DNA from: Azolla caroliniana
Lineage: Eukaryota; Plantae; Polypodiophyta
DNA length: 64,000 nt
Direction of reading: 5' to 3'
Assembly (NCBI GenBank): GCA_043228905.1
Contig: JBHGNT010000006.1
Coordinates: 12,834,001-12,898,000 of the forward strand
Below are positions 12,851-26,192 of this stretch, one piece after another. Position numbers and translations under genes: made by a program. Position 1 is the stretch's first letter; each line of letters begins with the position of its first letter. The notes beneath the pieces were generated by a model that was given only the letters and a program-made list of their open reading frames with translations, did not search any database and had not been told where the DNA came from.

Positions 12851-13663
12851 TCAGTTAGTAGTGCGATCATTTATGATCACTCGCCCGTCTCGGTAAAAGG
12901 CGCGATGGCCTTCTTTACGAGCTTGCATAACTCGTGGCATACAACTCTTGCGATGCTCAATTTGCATCTTAGTGAGGTCTTCATCGAGATAGATGGGGTC
13001 CCCATCCATTCCTCGAAGGATTGGTCTCTTCTTAAAGAAAGTGATTCTAGAGTCTAAGTCTTTAAATTGAAGGACTAAGGCTCTCTTCCTAGTTGTGTCA
13101 CGCCCGGCCCTCCATGCTTTGGTGATAGGTAGGGCCTCTGTGTACCCTAACATTTTCCCAAGTGTTTGTGCGTCCTCATTTGGGGATGCACCTTCCTTGA
13201 GCCCAGTGACACGTACATTTAAGCATCGGGCCTGACGCATTTTCTCTTCTTCAAGGGTGGTGTTAACAATATTTACATCTTTTATTTCTTTTTTAATGTT
13301 TCTTTTAACCACATCTACCCAACCCGTTTTAGCTAACTCTATGTTATTATTAACTTCCTCTTTAACTTTTTTAATTTTGTCCTTTATATCCTCTATAGAG
13401 GATATTTCACCGTCTTCTCGAGATACCTCGATGTCCTTAAGTTGTTTTTTAAGGTCGATGTTTTCTACTTTAAGTTGTTCTATTTCAGCCTTGAGGGCGT
13501 CTTTTTCCTCTCTATCTTTTTTCTTGTAGGTTTCAGTGTCTTTCACCCATTTTTTCATATCCATCTCTATTTTTGTTAAACGATTAAACATATCGAAAAA
13601 GTCCTCCTTACTTATAGCCTCGTCTTGTATATCCTTAAGTTCCTTAGTCCGTCTAGACGTCAT
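12851..13663 (-). CDS. LINE ORF1 protein (coiled coil plus RRM/CTD-like region)
   Basis: 270 aa open ORF with a heptad-rich N half, then NVRVTGLKE...RALVLQF...IYLDEDLT...AFYRDGRVIIND, typical of L2/CR1-group ORF1. Confidence 0.85.
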   Translation of the reverse strand: MTSRRTKELKDIQDEAISKEDFFDMFNRLTKIEMDMKKWVKDTETYKKKDREEKDALKAEIEQLKVENIDLKKQLKDIEVSREDGEISSIEDIKDKIKKVKEEVNNNIELAKTGWVDVVKRNIKKEIKDVNIVNTTLEEEKMRQARCLNVRVTGLKEGASPNEDAQTLGKMLGYTEALPITKAWRAGRDTTRKRALVLQFKDLDSRITFFKKRPILRGMDGDPIYLDEDLTKMQIEHRKSCMPRVMQARKEGHRAFYRDGRVIINDRTTN

Positions 13664-14961
13664 TGTGGTGTCAATAAGAAAAAAAGAAGGTAAAATAAAT
13701 GGGTTCGAGACTTAGCCGAGTTTGTGTGTGTGTCGCAATCACATCGGCATTTTGTAGCACGGGACGAGCACACCAAAAGAACCCACCCACGAACTCGTTG
13801 AGAAAAAGGTACTTCACCACATCAAGAACGGAGAAGAAAACACCCCGTGACGGCGATGGTGACGGTGGCAGTCGTCAAACGACGGTAGACGACGGCAGCA
13901 GACGGCAGACGGCGGCAACAGACGGCAGAAGACGGTGGACGACTGCACGGTGGCAGACGGCGACGGCCGCAGATAACGGCAGCGACAGCGACGGCGACGG
14001 CGACGACACTAGCCGGCGGCAGAGAGAGACGAGGAAGCGAGCGAGAGAGAGAGAGAGCAGACGGCGACGGCGACGGCGACGGCGACGACAGCGACAGAGA
14101 GAGCCGTTAGAGAGAGAGCGTGAACGTAGAGAGAGAGAGAGAGAGAGAGAGATAATGATGACAACAAGAAGTATATTATATTATATGAAGAAAGATACAA
14201 GAACACCTAGGAGGCTTAAGACTAGTATTCAACCGAATTGGTTCTTAATAATGCCATGTTCCTCTATTTATAGTACTGTCATGAGTACTCCTGAAGTTTC
14301 TAGAATGTTCTAGGGAAATCTGGAATATACCTAAATTTCCTTTAGTGAAATAATAAATGAAAATAATATCTTTCGTATTACAATGCATGGTTTAATGGTA
14401 AAGGTTCAACCCTTGTAACACAAGATCATGGGTTCAAATCCTTTCGGAGCCATATCATGACAGTATTCCCCCCTTTAAACAACACTCCAGTGTTAAGAGT
14501 CGACTTTGATTGAGGACCTTGTTTGTCTGGATATTCACGATGGAAGTCTTCAAGAAGAGCTTGAGCATTCGTCAAATTCCTCGCTGGTTCCCAAGTACGC
14601 TCGCTTGGACTATATCCTAGCCAATCGACTAAATAATAGAGCTTGTTGCGAGCCATCTTGGAATCGTGGATGGTAGCAACCTCGTACTCAGGTCCATCTT
14701 CAAGTTCGATGGGGGGTGGAGGTGGTGTAATACAACCTGGGATAGTGTTGTCATGATAGGGTTTTAGAAGAGAACTATGAAATACCAGTTGTATTCGTAG
14801 TTGCGAAGGTAGATCAAGGCGAAAAGTGACATCATTAATTTTTCCGTTAATACGGAAAGGGCCTAACCGTGGATAATCCAATTTGTCACATGGTCGAGTA
14901 GTCTTGATGTGCCGTCGTAATAGCCATACTTGATCTCCAATATGAAAAGAGGATGGAAGTC

Positions 14962-15152
14962 GATCAAGCAGTAACCGGAAGCCTAGTAGCAACCAAATGA
15001 TTCTTTATGCTATGATCAAGCAGTAACCGGAAGCCTAGTAGCAACCAAATGATCAAGCAGTAACCGGAAGCCTAGTAGCAACCAAATGATCAAGCAGTAA
15101 CCGGAAGCCTAGTAGCAACCAAATGATTAAGCAGTAACCGGAAGCCTAGTAG
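14962..15152. repeat. 37-bp tandem repeat, about 5 copies, inside the Tcn1-like integrase
   Basis: Unit gatcaagcagtaaccggaagcctagtagcaaccaaat starts at 14962, 15014, 15051, 15088 and 15125. Confidence 0.95.
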
Positions 15153-15236
15153 TAATTCATCGTAGTCGATCCAAATGATTCTCTATGCTAGGATTTTTGG
15201 GTAGCTCAAGAGTTTCTAACACACACTAGCAAGAAT

Positions 15237-18200
15237 TGTGAAAAGAACAACGTGCGGAAGCAACAAGAACCAAAACGTAGGAAAACACATGTTTAATGGA
15301 GAGCTTGGACAAACACAGTACGCGGGAGAGAGAGAGAGAGAGAGACAATACACACGCCTTGCTCGAAAAATGATACTCAGTCTATACATAGAATGTGCTC
15401 AGTGAGCACTTTTATACAAGTCCATACGGACTGACATGTACTTCAAAGCTCATAAATGAGCTCTACACTAACTCCCAAAATATATTCCTACACGGAATAT
15501 CTTTCCAACGCCCTAGCACTTTACACACCGCTACGGCTTGTTGTTGCGCACCGGTTTACGCACCCGGTTTACGCACCAGTCTGGCCTAACCGGTCGGTAC
15601 CAACCGATCCGGTTCTCGGCTTGCACAGCCGATCCGGCCAATGTTGAGCTTGTATCTCAACACTCCCCCTCAAGCTCAACTTCAGGCTCTTTTGGTACTT
15701 CCGGATCACCGGTTCGGTTTCTTCTAGCTTCACGCCTCGCTCGCGCTCCTCGACCTGTTCGATTCCGCACGCCTCGACCCTTCCGGTGGGCTTGTGTGCT
15801 CGTGCGGCCCTTCTCAGCTCCCTTGCTATAGTAGTGTTGGCGCCTCTTCGGCTGCCCTTCCTTACGACCGATCCTCTCAAGTCCGCTTTCGAACTCTTTT
15901 GTGGATCCGCCCTCGGCTTCTTCAGCTAACCCGAAATCGAAATCGTCATCCGACTCGGCGTCATGGTATCTTATGCTCCTTTCCTGCTCCCTTACGTGGT
16001 CTTCCGGGACTTCTCTCCCCCTCAAGTTCGGCACATTGAGGTGCCGCAACCCAAGCAGACCCGAGAATTGCCGCAACTTGTCGAGACCAAGGGGCTTGGT
16101 CAAAATGTCAGTGGTCTGCCAATCCGTCAAAACATACTAAAGTTCGACATCACCGGAGAGGACATGCTCGCAGACAAAGTGGTAGTGCACCTCAATGTGC
16201 TTAGTCTGGGCGTGGAAGACAGGGTTCCTCGCTAACTGGATGTTGTTGAGGTTGTCACAGTAGATCGTTGTTGGATCGTACACCTCCACCCGCAGATCCT
16301 TAAGTAGCCGTTTTAGCCAAACAGCTTCACATGTTGCGACAACCGCTCCTCTATACTCGGCTTCGGTGCTCGATAGTGCAACTGTCGGCTGCTTCTTGCT
16401 ACTCCATGTGATCGCAACGCTCTCAAGAGAGAACGTGAATCCGAATGTGGATCGGCGCGATCACCGACGTTTCTGACCCAATCAGCATTGGTGTAACCGA
16501 CTAACTACGCGGCAATATCAGTCCTATATAGTAGCCTCCAGTCCTTAGTGCCATTGACGTATCGGAGTACGCGTTGTGCGCACTAAAGGTGCTCCTTGGT
16601 TGGCCACCCCATGAATTGACTAATCACATTGAACGGGTAACTGAGGTCTGGTTGAGTGATAGTCAAGTAGGTGGGGCTTCTGACAATCTATCGGAACCTT
16701 TTCGGGTCGCAAACCTTTCCAGAGTTGGGGCGAAGCTTGACTGTTCTATCCAGAGGAGTCGTGACGAACTTACAATCTACCATCCCGAACTTGAAGAGCA
16801 TAACCAACACGTAATGTCGTTGGTTGATTAGTATGCCTTCGGGGGTACGGATCACTTCGATCCCAGGGAAGTAATGAAGGTCCCCCAGGTCCTTCATGTC
16901 AAATGATGCCGCCATCTAGAGCTTTACATGGTTAATTTCACCTAGGTAGGCGCCGGTGATGACCAAGTCATCAACATAAAGTAAAATACTAACCGGCCCG
17001 AGTTGACCTTGCCGAATGAACAATGAGGAGTCTGATTTGGACGTCGCAAATCCCATCCGACGCAATCGCTGCGTGATTTTCACATTCCAAGCAAGCGGGC
17101 CTTGCTTTAGTCTGTAAAGGGACTTCTGCAACCGGCAAACCGCCGAAGTGTTCATTCTGGAGTGAAATCCGGGGGGTTGTACCATGTACACCTCTTCCTC
17201 AAGCTCGCCTTGCAAGAATGCATTCTTGACATCCACCCCTTCGTTGCTGTTACGGCTAGTAGAACACTCACGGTAGTCATCATCACGATAGGCACGAAGG
17301 TCTCATCGTAGTCCACGTCGTGCTTCTGCACGTAGCCTTTCGTTACTATCTGGGCCTTATATCGGTTGACCGAGCCGTCGGCATTGTACTTGATCTTGTA
17401 CACCCACCTACATCCGATCGGCTTCACTCCCTTCAGTGTGTCAACCAGGTCCCAAGTTTCATTCTCTGCCAATGCGCGCATCTCTTCCTCCATTGCGGCA
17501 CACCAATTTGCGTCCTTCGCCACTTCTGCGTAGCTCTCTGGCTCACACAGTTTCGCTACACGCGTCATGTACGCATAGTGATGCGCCATGTACTCGTTGT
17601 ATCCGAACTGCACAACAGGGTTCTTCTGGCGGGCAGATCGGCGTAACTACTCATTAGCCGATGTGGAGGCTTTCTTGGCTGACACGGACTTTGCTCTCGA
17701 AAGCCCATCATTGCCCTTTTCGGAGTCGGATTTGCGTCGATCCGACTCGCCCTTATCCGTGCCATACTCCAACATCTTCTTCTTCCCTTTTTCCTTGCGC
17801 GTAAACTATCTCCTCGGCTTCCTGCATGGGGAATGCATGATCGAGTCTCCACTACTCGCCGGTTCTTCTTCGGACGGTCAAGCCGACCCTGTCGTTCATT
17901 TGGCTCATTTAGCCGAAATGAAATTGGACTCTCATCGAGAGGCATTTCAGTCTCGCTAACCTCATCGTCAAAACTCAGGTTTGGAGATTGGGAGTTGAAG
18001 TTGAGGTCCAGAGTCGGAGGCAAGTACCAGGATGCGGACTCGTCAAACACAACATTGCGGCTCACGCGAGCTTGTTTGGTTCGGGGGTTATTACACTTAT
18101 AACCCTTTTGTTCATCCTAATAGCCAACCAGGATACACTTCTCGGCTTTTGTGTCCAAGTTCGTCTGTTTCTCCTTTGGCATATGCACATACACAATGCT

Positions 18201-20515
18201 ACCAAAAATTCTCAAGTGTCGTAGATTCGGCTTTCTTCCAAAATACAGCTCATGTGTCGACAGTTTGTCTCCAATCCGATTCTGGATGTAGACCGCGGTT
18301 CGTACCGCTTCGGCCCAATAGAACTTGGACAGGCTCCTTTCTTCTAGCATTGCCTGCGCCACTTTCATAACCGACTGATTTTTCCTTTTGGCAACGCCAT
18401 TTTGGTCCGGCGTATACCTGCAACTGAATTCGCGCCGAATTCCCATTTGTTGCAGATAATTGTTCAATTGGCCGGAGAAGTACTCTTTTCCGCCATCCAA
18501 CTGTAGGCACTTGATCTTTCTCCCTGTTTCCCTTTCTACGAAGCTTTTGAGGTCCCGGAAACAATCAAAGACTTCACTCTTCTTTGCAATGTGATAGATC
18601 CACGTGCGCCGCGTGTAATCATCCATGAAGGAGACAAAATATCGACTCCCGCCAAGACTAACATTCTGTGTCAGCCCCCATACATCCGAATGTATCAAGT
18701 CGAGCTTGTTCTGGCTCCGGTTACGCTTGTTAGGGAAAGGAAGTTGGTGTTGCTTCCCTAGCTAGCAGGCTTCAAAAATTTGTGCCTTCCGGCCACTAAA
18801 TTTGGGAAATCTGAACACCACCTATTTCGATTGTAGGTCTTGAAGCTGTTGATAGTTTACGTGGCCTATCCGCTTGTACCATAATCCGGTTACACTCATT
18901 TGGGACAGGAAGTCAGTGTTGCTTCCCTAGCTGCTAGGCTTCACAAATTTGGGCCTTTTGACCACTGAATTTGGGCAATCCAAACACTTGTTTCGATTGC
19001 AAGTTCTGAAGCCTTTGATAGTTGACGTGGCCTATCCGCTTGTGCCATAAGTCGATATCCGGTGCCAACGTCATTGGTGTCGAGGATAAACATCCTCCCA
19101 TCTCTGCGCCCTTGCGCAATAACTTGGCCTTCCTCCTCGATGAAGCACCCGAGATGTGTGAACCGGACTTGCATCCCCTGGTCGACAATCTGCTCGACCG
19201 ACACCAGATTCTTTGTGATTTTCAGGACGTATAACATGTTCATGAGTTCCCCTTTTTGCTCGACATGGCTCAGGGTAACTTCACAGACATTCTCAATCGG
19301 ATGCGGAGTGTCGTTTCCTTATGGCTCGTCATGTGGTTTGACGTGCCAGAGTCAACGTACCACACCTCGTCCAATTTCGGGGTGCTCTTCTTAATCGAGT
19401 TCGCCTCGTGTCTCGTCACGAAGGCTGCCCCCTTTCCGGCTTTTTCGGATCCTTCGGCTTAATGCGATTGTTGCCAATTTCCTTTGTTGGTTTGTCTGGA
19501 TCCGGTTTTCTCGGAATCGGCGCGCTTCTTCCAACACCCGCTCTCCTTGTGGCCTTTCTTGCCACAGTACCAACATTCTGCGACGGGTTTCCCTTGCCGG
19601 TTTTCGTCACCTCGACTCCTCCTGTTTCCGGAGGGTTCGGAATTGCTGTCGTCATCACTTCGGTGCCTTTTTCCTTGATCCCATCGGCCGCCTCCATTGC
19701 GCACCAACTCGCCATGTCTGCCATGACCACGGGGCCTATCTCCCTCCGTGTACAACATCTTGCTATCGGCGTGCGTACTCATCGACGCACCCGCGTGGTT
19801 CTCCTCTATAAGGAGCATCGACTGTAGGTCGAAAAACGACGACATATTCTCCTATGTGCACACAACAATTCGGAACGCTCCGAACTTCAATGCATGTCCC
19901 TCGAGACAGATTTGCACCATCTTGCCTTCCTCGACGTTCACATCGATGCAGGCTAAGGAGTTGCATATATCTTTGATCTTTGAGGTGTAATCAGCCACCG
20001 ACAAATCGCGTTGTCGTAAGTTGCTCAACTCCTGTCGGAGTTGGAGTTTTCTGGCTGTGGTGGTTGCGGCAAAAACATTTTTCAGATTTCCCCAAGCATC
20101 CTTTCGACGTTTTCGCATCCCGAATGTAGCTTAGAAGCTATTCGCCCACACAAGACGTGAAGCAGTAGAGAACTGAGCTCGCCGACTGTTGCCAAGCCGG
20201 GAAGTCTTTGTGTGTCGAATCGGGTGTGTGTCATTTGCTCCGTCGACATAGGTCTAATATCCATGCCTGAGCAAGTACTGCTGCATCTTGTATGACCAAG
20301 ACACATAGTTGTTTCTATCGAGCTTCTCGATAGGAAGTGAGCTAGCCATGCCTCTCTCCATTTTCTTTTTCCTGTTCTTTACGAAGGTTGGCTGGAGAGG
20401 TTCTCAACCCTCGCGCTCTGTTACCATGTGAAAAGAACAACGTGTGGAAGCAACAGGAAGCAGAATGTAGGAAAACACAGGTTTAATGGAAAGCTTGGAC
20501 ACACATCGTACGTGG

Positions 20516-20553
<38 letters not shown>

Positions 20554-20872
20554 ATACACACACCTCACTCGAAAAATAATACTCAGTCTATACATAGAAG
20601 TGAGCACTTTTATACAAGTCCATATGGACTGACATAAGTATTGACACGTACTTCAATGCTCATAAATGAGCTCTACACTAACTCCCAATATATATTCGTA
20701 CGCGGAATATCTTTGCAATGGCCTCGCGGTTTACGCACCGCTACGACTTCTCATTGCGCACTGGTTTACGCACCCGGTTTATATACCGGTCTGGCCTAAC
20801 CGATCAGTCCCAACCGATCCAGTTCTCGGCTTGCACAACCGATCCAACCAATGTTGAGCTTGTATCTCAACA
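15237..20872 (-). mobile_element. Full-length decayed Ty1/copia element (5' LTR 20427-20872, 3' LTR 15237-15662)
   Basis: TG..CA LTRs. TSD AGAAT at 15232-15236 and 20873-20877. Met-like PBS TGGTAACAGAGC at 20426-20415. PPT AGGGGGAG at 15670-15663. gag zinc knuckle CWYCGKKGHKESGC, with INT, RT (LYVDDLVI) and RH in pieces. Confidence 0.95.
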
Positions 20873-23800
20873 AGAATGATAGCCGGTATAAGTGTAGAAT
20901 GGTGTAACCCTAGTAGTGGACTGGATAGAATTATTATAAGCAAATTCAACAAACTGAGAATATCTACCCAATCATTTTGTTGATAACTTGTGTTTTCACC
21001 AAAGATACTGTGCCAATGTTTTACTGGTATGTTCTGTGTGTCCATCTGTTTGCAAGTGACCTTGAGGATTTTAATGAGATGCTTCCAAAGTTAGAGACGA
21101 ATTGAGGTCCACGATCACTGATTATACTGTCAGGAAGACCATGATGCTGAAATACTTCACGCATAACAATTCCTGCGGTTTCTTCACTAGTGATTTCTTT
21201 AGTACAGGGCACGAAATGTGCCATCTTAATATATCAATCTACCACTCTTAAGATCGCACTAAAGCCCTTCGAATTTGGAAGATCTGTGATAAAATCTAGA
21301 GAAATAGATTGCCACGGTTTGCTTGGGATCGGCAACGGCTCCAACAAACCATATGGATGATGTCTATGCATCTTTGCTCTGCAACATGTATCACATGTCC
21401 GAACATAGTCTTCAACAAATCTTCGCATATGGGGCCACCAAAATGATCGTTGTACTAAATCCAACGTTTTAGTGCTACCAAAATGTCTGGATGTGTATGT
21501 GTCATGACGATTTTGTACTATTCGAAGGTGCAAAAGTTTCCTAAAGAGGAATAAATCATCATGAAATTTGAATTGTCGATAATCCGTACCTGGTTGTTGT
21601 GACCGTGAACAAGATGCTCAAGAGGGATCGATTTGATCTAGAATAGGTTGAGGAAAAACATCTGTCTTCAAATCTTCATGTATGGTATCAATAATGTGTG
21701 AATCCAATGGAGTGTCAAAAACCCATGTGTCGTGTTGGACCCAAGATTACTTGCTTTTGATTGTCGAAGGTTGGATCACTAGGACGAGGAGCTAGATACA
21801 AGTATCGTGATAATGTATCTGCCTTCCCATGTTGCTTGCCTGGATGATATGTAATCTTGAAGTCGAAACGAGTGAGGAACTGAGCCCACCGAACCTATCT
21901 TCTATTTAACACAAGAGCATTCTAGAAGTAGGCAAGATTCTTGTGATCACTAAATACAGTGACTTGATGAGGAGATCCTTCTAAAAAGATTCAACTATTG
22001 CTAATAGGTCCTTTTCCTGTATCTCGTAGTTGATTTCAATGGCGTCAAATTTGTGCTTCTCATCGTTGCCTTGCTGCAACAAAATACTACCGAGGGTGAA
22101 ATCGGACGTGTCTACTTCAATGATAAATGATTTTTGCAGATCAACATGAGCTAGAAAAGCAGTCGAAGTAGATGATTTCTTGAGACCTTAAAAAGCCGTG
22201 TCTGCTTCCTTAGACCAAACAAATTATTGTCCCTTCTTTGTAAGTTGTGTGAGTAGTAAAATAAGCTTTGAATAGTTCTGTATAAACTTGTGACAGAAAT
22301 TTGGAAATCATCAAAAGCATTGTCATGAGGTACGAAAACTTTACATTAAAAGTATACAAAAAGATAAATACGTAATTAAAATAAAATATATCTTGGTATT
22401 GTTTTATAAAGGTAATATTTAAAACACACTATGACAATATTATACATTATATATCGAGGGAAATAAAACATATATATTATATTATATGGACAAGAGAGGA
22501 CTTGAACCAATAACCCCCACCTTATGACTTTGAACCCTTAGCATTCACCCTTGGGCTAAAACCAACATATTCATCATCAATGCATTAAAAATGGATGGTC
22601 GATCTAGTGACAATGCCACTTGGGGAAGGTCAAATGTGATATTTAGTACTAGCAAGAGAAGACCATACAAACCAAGTAGAAGGAAGACCACTACGACAAA
22701 AAACCCCTCGAGTTGTATGTAAATTTTTATTAGAAGATGTAATATGTCGTTATGGGTGTGTTGTTAAAATAATTGTAGATAGAGGATAACATGATTCTGA
22801 TGAAGCTAAAGAATTCTTCAACCGGATAGGGGTAAAATTATCACTTACAACTGCATATAATCCAAAGGCTAATGGAAATATTGAAAGAGGACATAGTGCA
22901 ATAGTTAAGGCGATCGTGAAAAGTTGTAAAGGTAAATAAGAGATTGGCCACGCATGCTACCTTATGCACTATGGGCAAATCAGACAACACATAGTTCGGT
23001 AAGAGGATATATGCCAATTGAGCTGATACTTGGCCAAAAGCCCATCATGCCAATAGAAGAATCAATTATTTCATGGACATCTATTCCATGGAGAGAAGAG
23101 CTAAGCAGAGAAGAATTGCTTGCTTTGCGAATTCAACAATTAGAGCGTCAGCCTGAAGATGTAGAATTAGCAGCCCAACGATTGAAGGAGGCTCGACTAA
23201 AGAATAAAATTCGTTTTGATAAAACACATAGAATTCGACATAAGAAGATAGAAGAGGAGGATTGGGTGCTTGTGTATGATAGCAGTTTAGATAATCAACA
23301 TAGCACCGTCTGCAAGTTCGCTGAAAGATGGTTTGGGCCCTACATAGTAAGAAAAGTATATGATAACTTTACTTATAAACTTAGTGAACTGGATGGGACA
23401 CTAATCCTAAACGTGGTAGTTGGAAAGAGGATAAAAGTATTTAAGAAAAGGTTTGAGCTTGAACCTCCTCCAATAGATCAACATGAAGATGAAAGTTAGT
23501 GGCACATGTCAGAGGATGTGTAGGTCTAGAGGGGGTGGATGTCGTGAAGTACGAAAGCTTCACATTAAAAGTATACAAAAACATAAATACGTAATTAAAA
23601 TAAAATATATCCTGATATTGTTTTATAAAGGTAATATTAAAAACACACTATGATAATATTATACATTATATGTCGAGCCAAATAAAACATATATATTATA
23701 TTACATGGACAAGAGAGAACTTCAACCAATAAACCCCACCTTATGACTTTGAACCCTTACCATTTACCCTATAATTGTAGTATGTATAAAACAACATTGT

Positions 23801-26148
23801 GAAATGTTCCCAAGAATAGCCCCCCACTTCCATTACGTAAGAGAGGGAGAGCGAAATTATATTTTAAGAGATATCATAATAGAGAAAGAGGGAGAGAGGG
23901 TAAAAGCTATATACAATCTTCAAAAGAAAAGAGAAGAACTAGCTTGGCAGTAGCGGTGCTCAACTCGCAACAAAAATGCATAGAGGTTCGAGTCTTATCC
24001 TCATCAAAAGATAGAAGTGAAGATTGTGGTCTACTATCAAGAAAGAGAAGAGCGACTACCTTGTGAGACAAAGTTCGACGGTTCAATGATGCTCACAACC
24101 ATTTTGTAACTCTTTCATGAAATAATTATAATTTTCTTACATTCCCTCAATTATCAGAGTACATCCTATCTTGTCATATCTTGTTGATCACTATTTATCT
24201 ATTTCCACTCTTTCGTCTCTTCCGTCCAAAATCCCAGCGATTCCTTCCTCACTTTCACGTTGTCTTCTGTATAAGCAACGCTATGCTTCTAGGCGAGCCA
24301 CACCATGACACAATTTGGTGAGCTCGACGTGAAACGGGGAAGTAGAAGAGACATCTAAAGTAAAGATCAACATCAACATGGCAAGTACGAGTATAATGGA
24401 TCCGGTAATGTTGTTTATTGAAAAGTTGAATTAAGATCGATTATTTCATGGCTTACGAGAAGTCTGAGAGAAGATTGGTATGTTTGATGGCACAAATATT
24501 TCGAAGTAAGTGAATATATATTATGATGAAATGGAAATATCGAGTATGAATGATGTCAATATGATAGCAAACTTTTATAAATTAGTGGACATGGAATTAA
24601 GAGATAGAATTAATGAAACACAAGCATTGCATAGTTTGGATTGGAATGCATTCAAACAAGCACTTGTGTCTGAATATGCTCATGAAGATTTCTCTCGCGT
24701 TACTATGTGTTCATTCCATGAATGGGTCCTAAAAGAAAATAAAAGGATTATCTGTGGCTGACACGAAAAAAGAGTTTGATAGATTGTATGGGCACTTAAA
24801 GCCAAAAGAAAGAAATTCTTTGTCTTGGCAAAAGGTTGCTTTATTTTTGCAGGCAGTTGACAAGAGATATAAAAAAGAATTGGAATTTATGCTTGAAGTA
24901 CCAAATACCGAGGATGGTATAACTACAGATTGGAATGAGGTAACAAATGCTTGTAATAAATTTATGAAAAGAATGCAAAGGAATGGTGCAATGCTACAAA
25001 TACCACATGTGCGAATCACAAATCGGCTTGAGCAAAACATCGAAGTTCAAAGACTTAGTCGAGAACCATCACACGAAATGGTGCATCAACCACGAGAAAT
25101 AATCAAAACTAAGAGTGAGTCTTTGCTTGATGACTTAGTTCAAAGTATCAAAGATCTAACAATTAATGTGGCAAAGCTTGAGAATGGTCAGACTTCGAGA
25201 TCAAGGGAACCATTTCGACCTCAATGCATGTGGTGTGATAGTCTCGAACATTGATTACGTGATTGTGTAGAATATAAAGACATGGAAAATCGAGACTTGG
25301 TCTATTGGAAAAATGGTAACATTTACTTAACTGAAACTAGAGGTCCACTTACAAAGAACTTTGGTGATGGTGGTGTTAAGGTTAAGTTTGAAGAAGCTGA
25401 AGCAAAGAAGGCTTCTGCAATGTACTACTTGGCAACTGTAGGAATGCGTCTTGATGACATGCCATACCGATCATCATTCTGGGAGAAGGTCGTAAGTTCG
25501 GCACAAAAGCAAAAGCTGAAGATGGAAGACCATCGTGTTGCCGGAGATTCTGTAAGGAAAAACATTGGATGGGATGTTTCAGTAGATGTTATGACAGTCT
25601 ATGCTCAAATGGCAGAACATCAAGAGCATGAGGTGATAGTGGAAGAAAAAAGGAAAAGGTCGGATTATAAGATTGGCTCAACCAGAAAGCATGAAACAAG
25701 AGAAAGCAAAAGAAAAGAGATGGACGCAAAAGTTGAAAAAGGTAAATCTGGTCCTTCATTCAAATTAATGTCTGATATTGAAAATGATACAAATTTAAAG
25801 AAAATTTTAGAAACAAGAATACTAGACAGTCGAGTAGAATATACACTAAGAGAAGTGTTAGGTATTGCAAAAAAGGAATTTCATAATGAAATAATTGATA
25901 TTGTGCAAAGAAAGAAGCAAGTAAATGAGCAGGTTAAAGAGACAAGTCTGAAGGTGGCATATGAAGTAGTAAGCAACGAATCGAACAATATCATTGTTGA
26001 TTCTCAGCATGCATCTGTCAGGAACTCTATTAAGGCAGAGAAGGAATTAGTACTAAAAGAAGGATTAGTACTATTGTTGGGGAATAGTACTAAGACAGAG
26101 AAGGATTAGTACTATGAGAGGTGTCGAACTTTGAGAGAAGGAATGAGT

Positions 26149-26192
<44 letters not shown>

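Larger units (their letters stand above)
8909..14127 (-). mobile_element. Full-length non-LTR retrotransposon (LINE), RTEX/L2-group-like
   Basis: ORF1 plus APE-RT-CCHC ORF2, a 3' tail (TTTC)5 at 8909-8929, and a GCCGTC/TC-repeat-rich 5' UTR at 13664-14127. It splits the LTR of copy B at its (GA)n tract. Confidence 0.9.
8809..22320 (-). mobile_element. Old Tcn1-like chromovirus copy B (3' LTR 8809-8908 plus 14128-14462; chromodomain/INT/RH remnants 14463-15236 and 20873-22320), host to the LINE and copia
   Basis: The LTR halves are homologous to 26016-26482 and 57226-57672. PPT (rc of tattccccccttt) at 14464-14476. ORF 14426..14992 has GPF/chromodomain motifs (LYYLVDWLGYSPSERTWEP). Truncated at 22321. 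Confidence 0.85.

Noticed and set aside
13699-14313. 204-aa + strand ORF with Arg/Glu runs
   Set aside because: Translation of the antisense LINE 5' UTR repeats and the LTR (GA)n tract.
23945-23995. Extra sense-strand box A/B (tggcagtagcgg-N29-gttcgagtc) in the old Phygy-like LTR
   Set aside because: Single occurrence, absent from the young relative, with atypical spacing.
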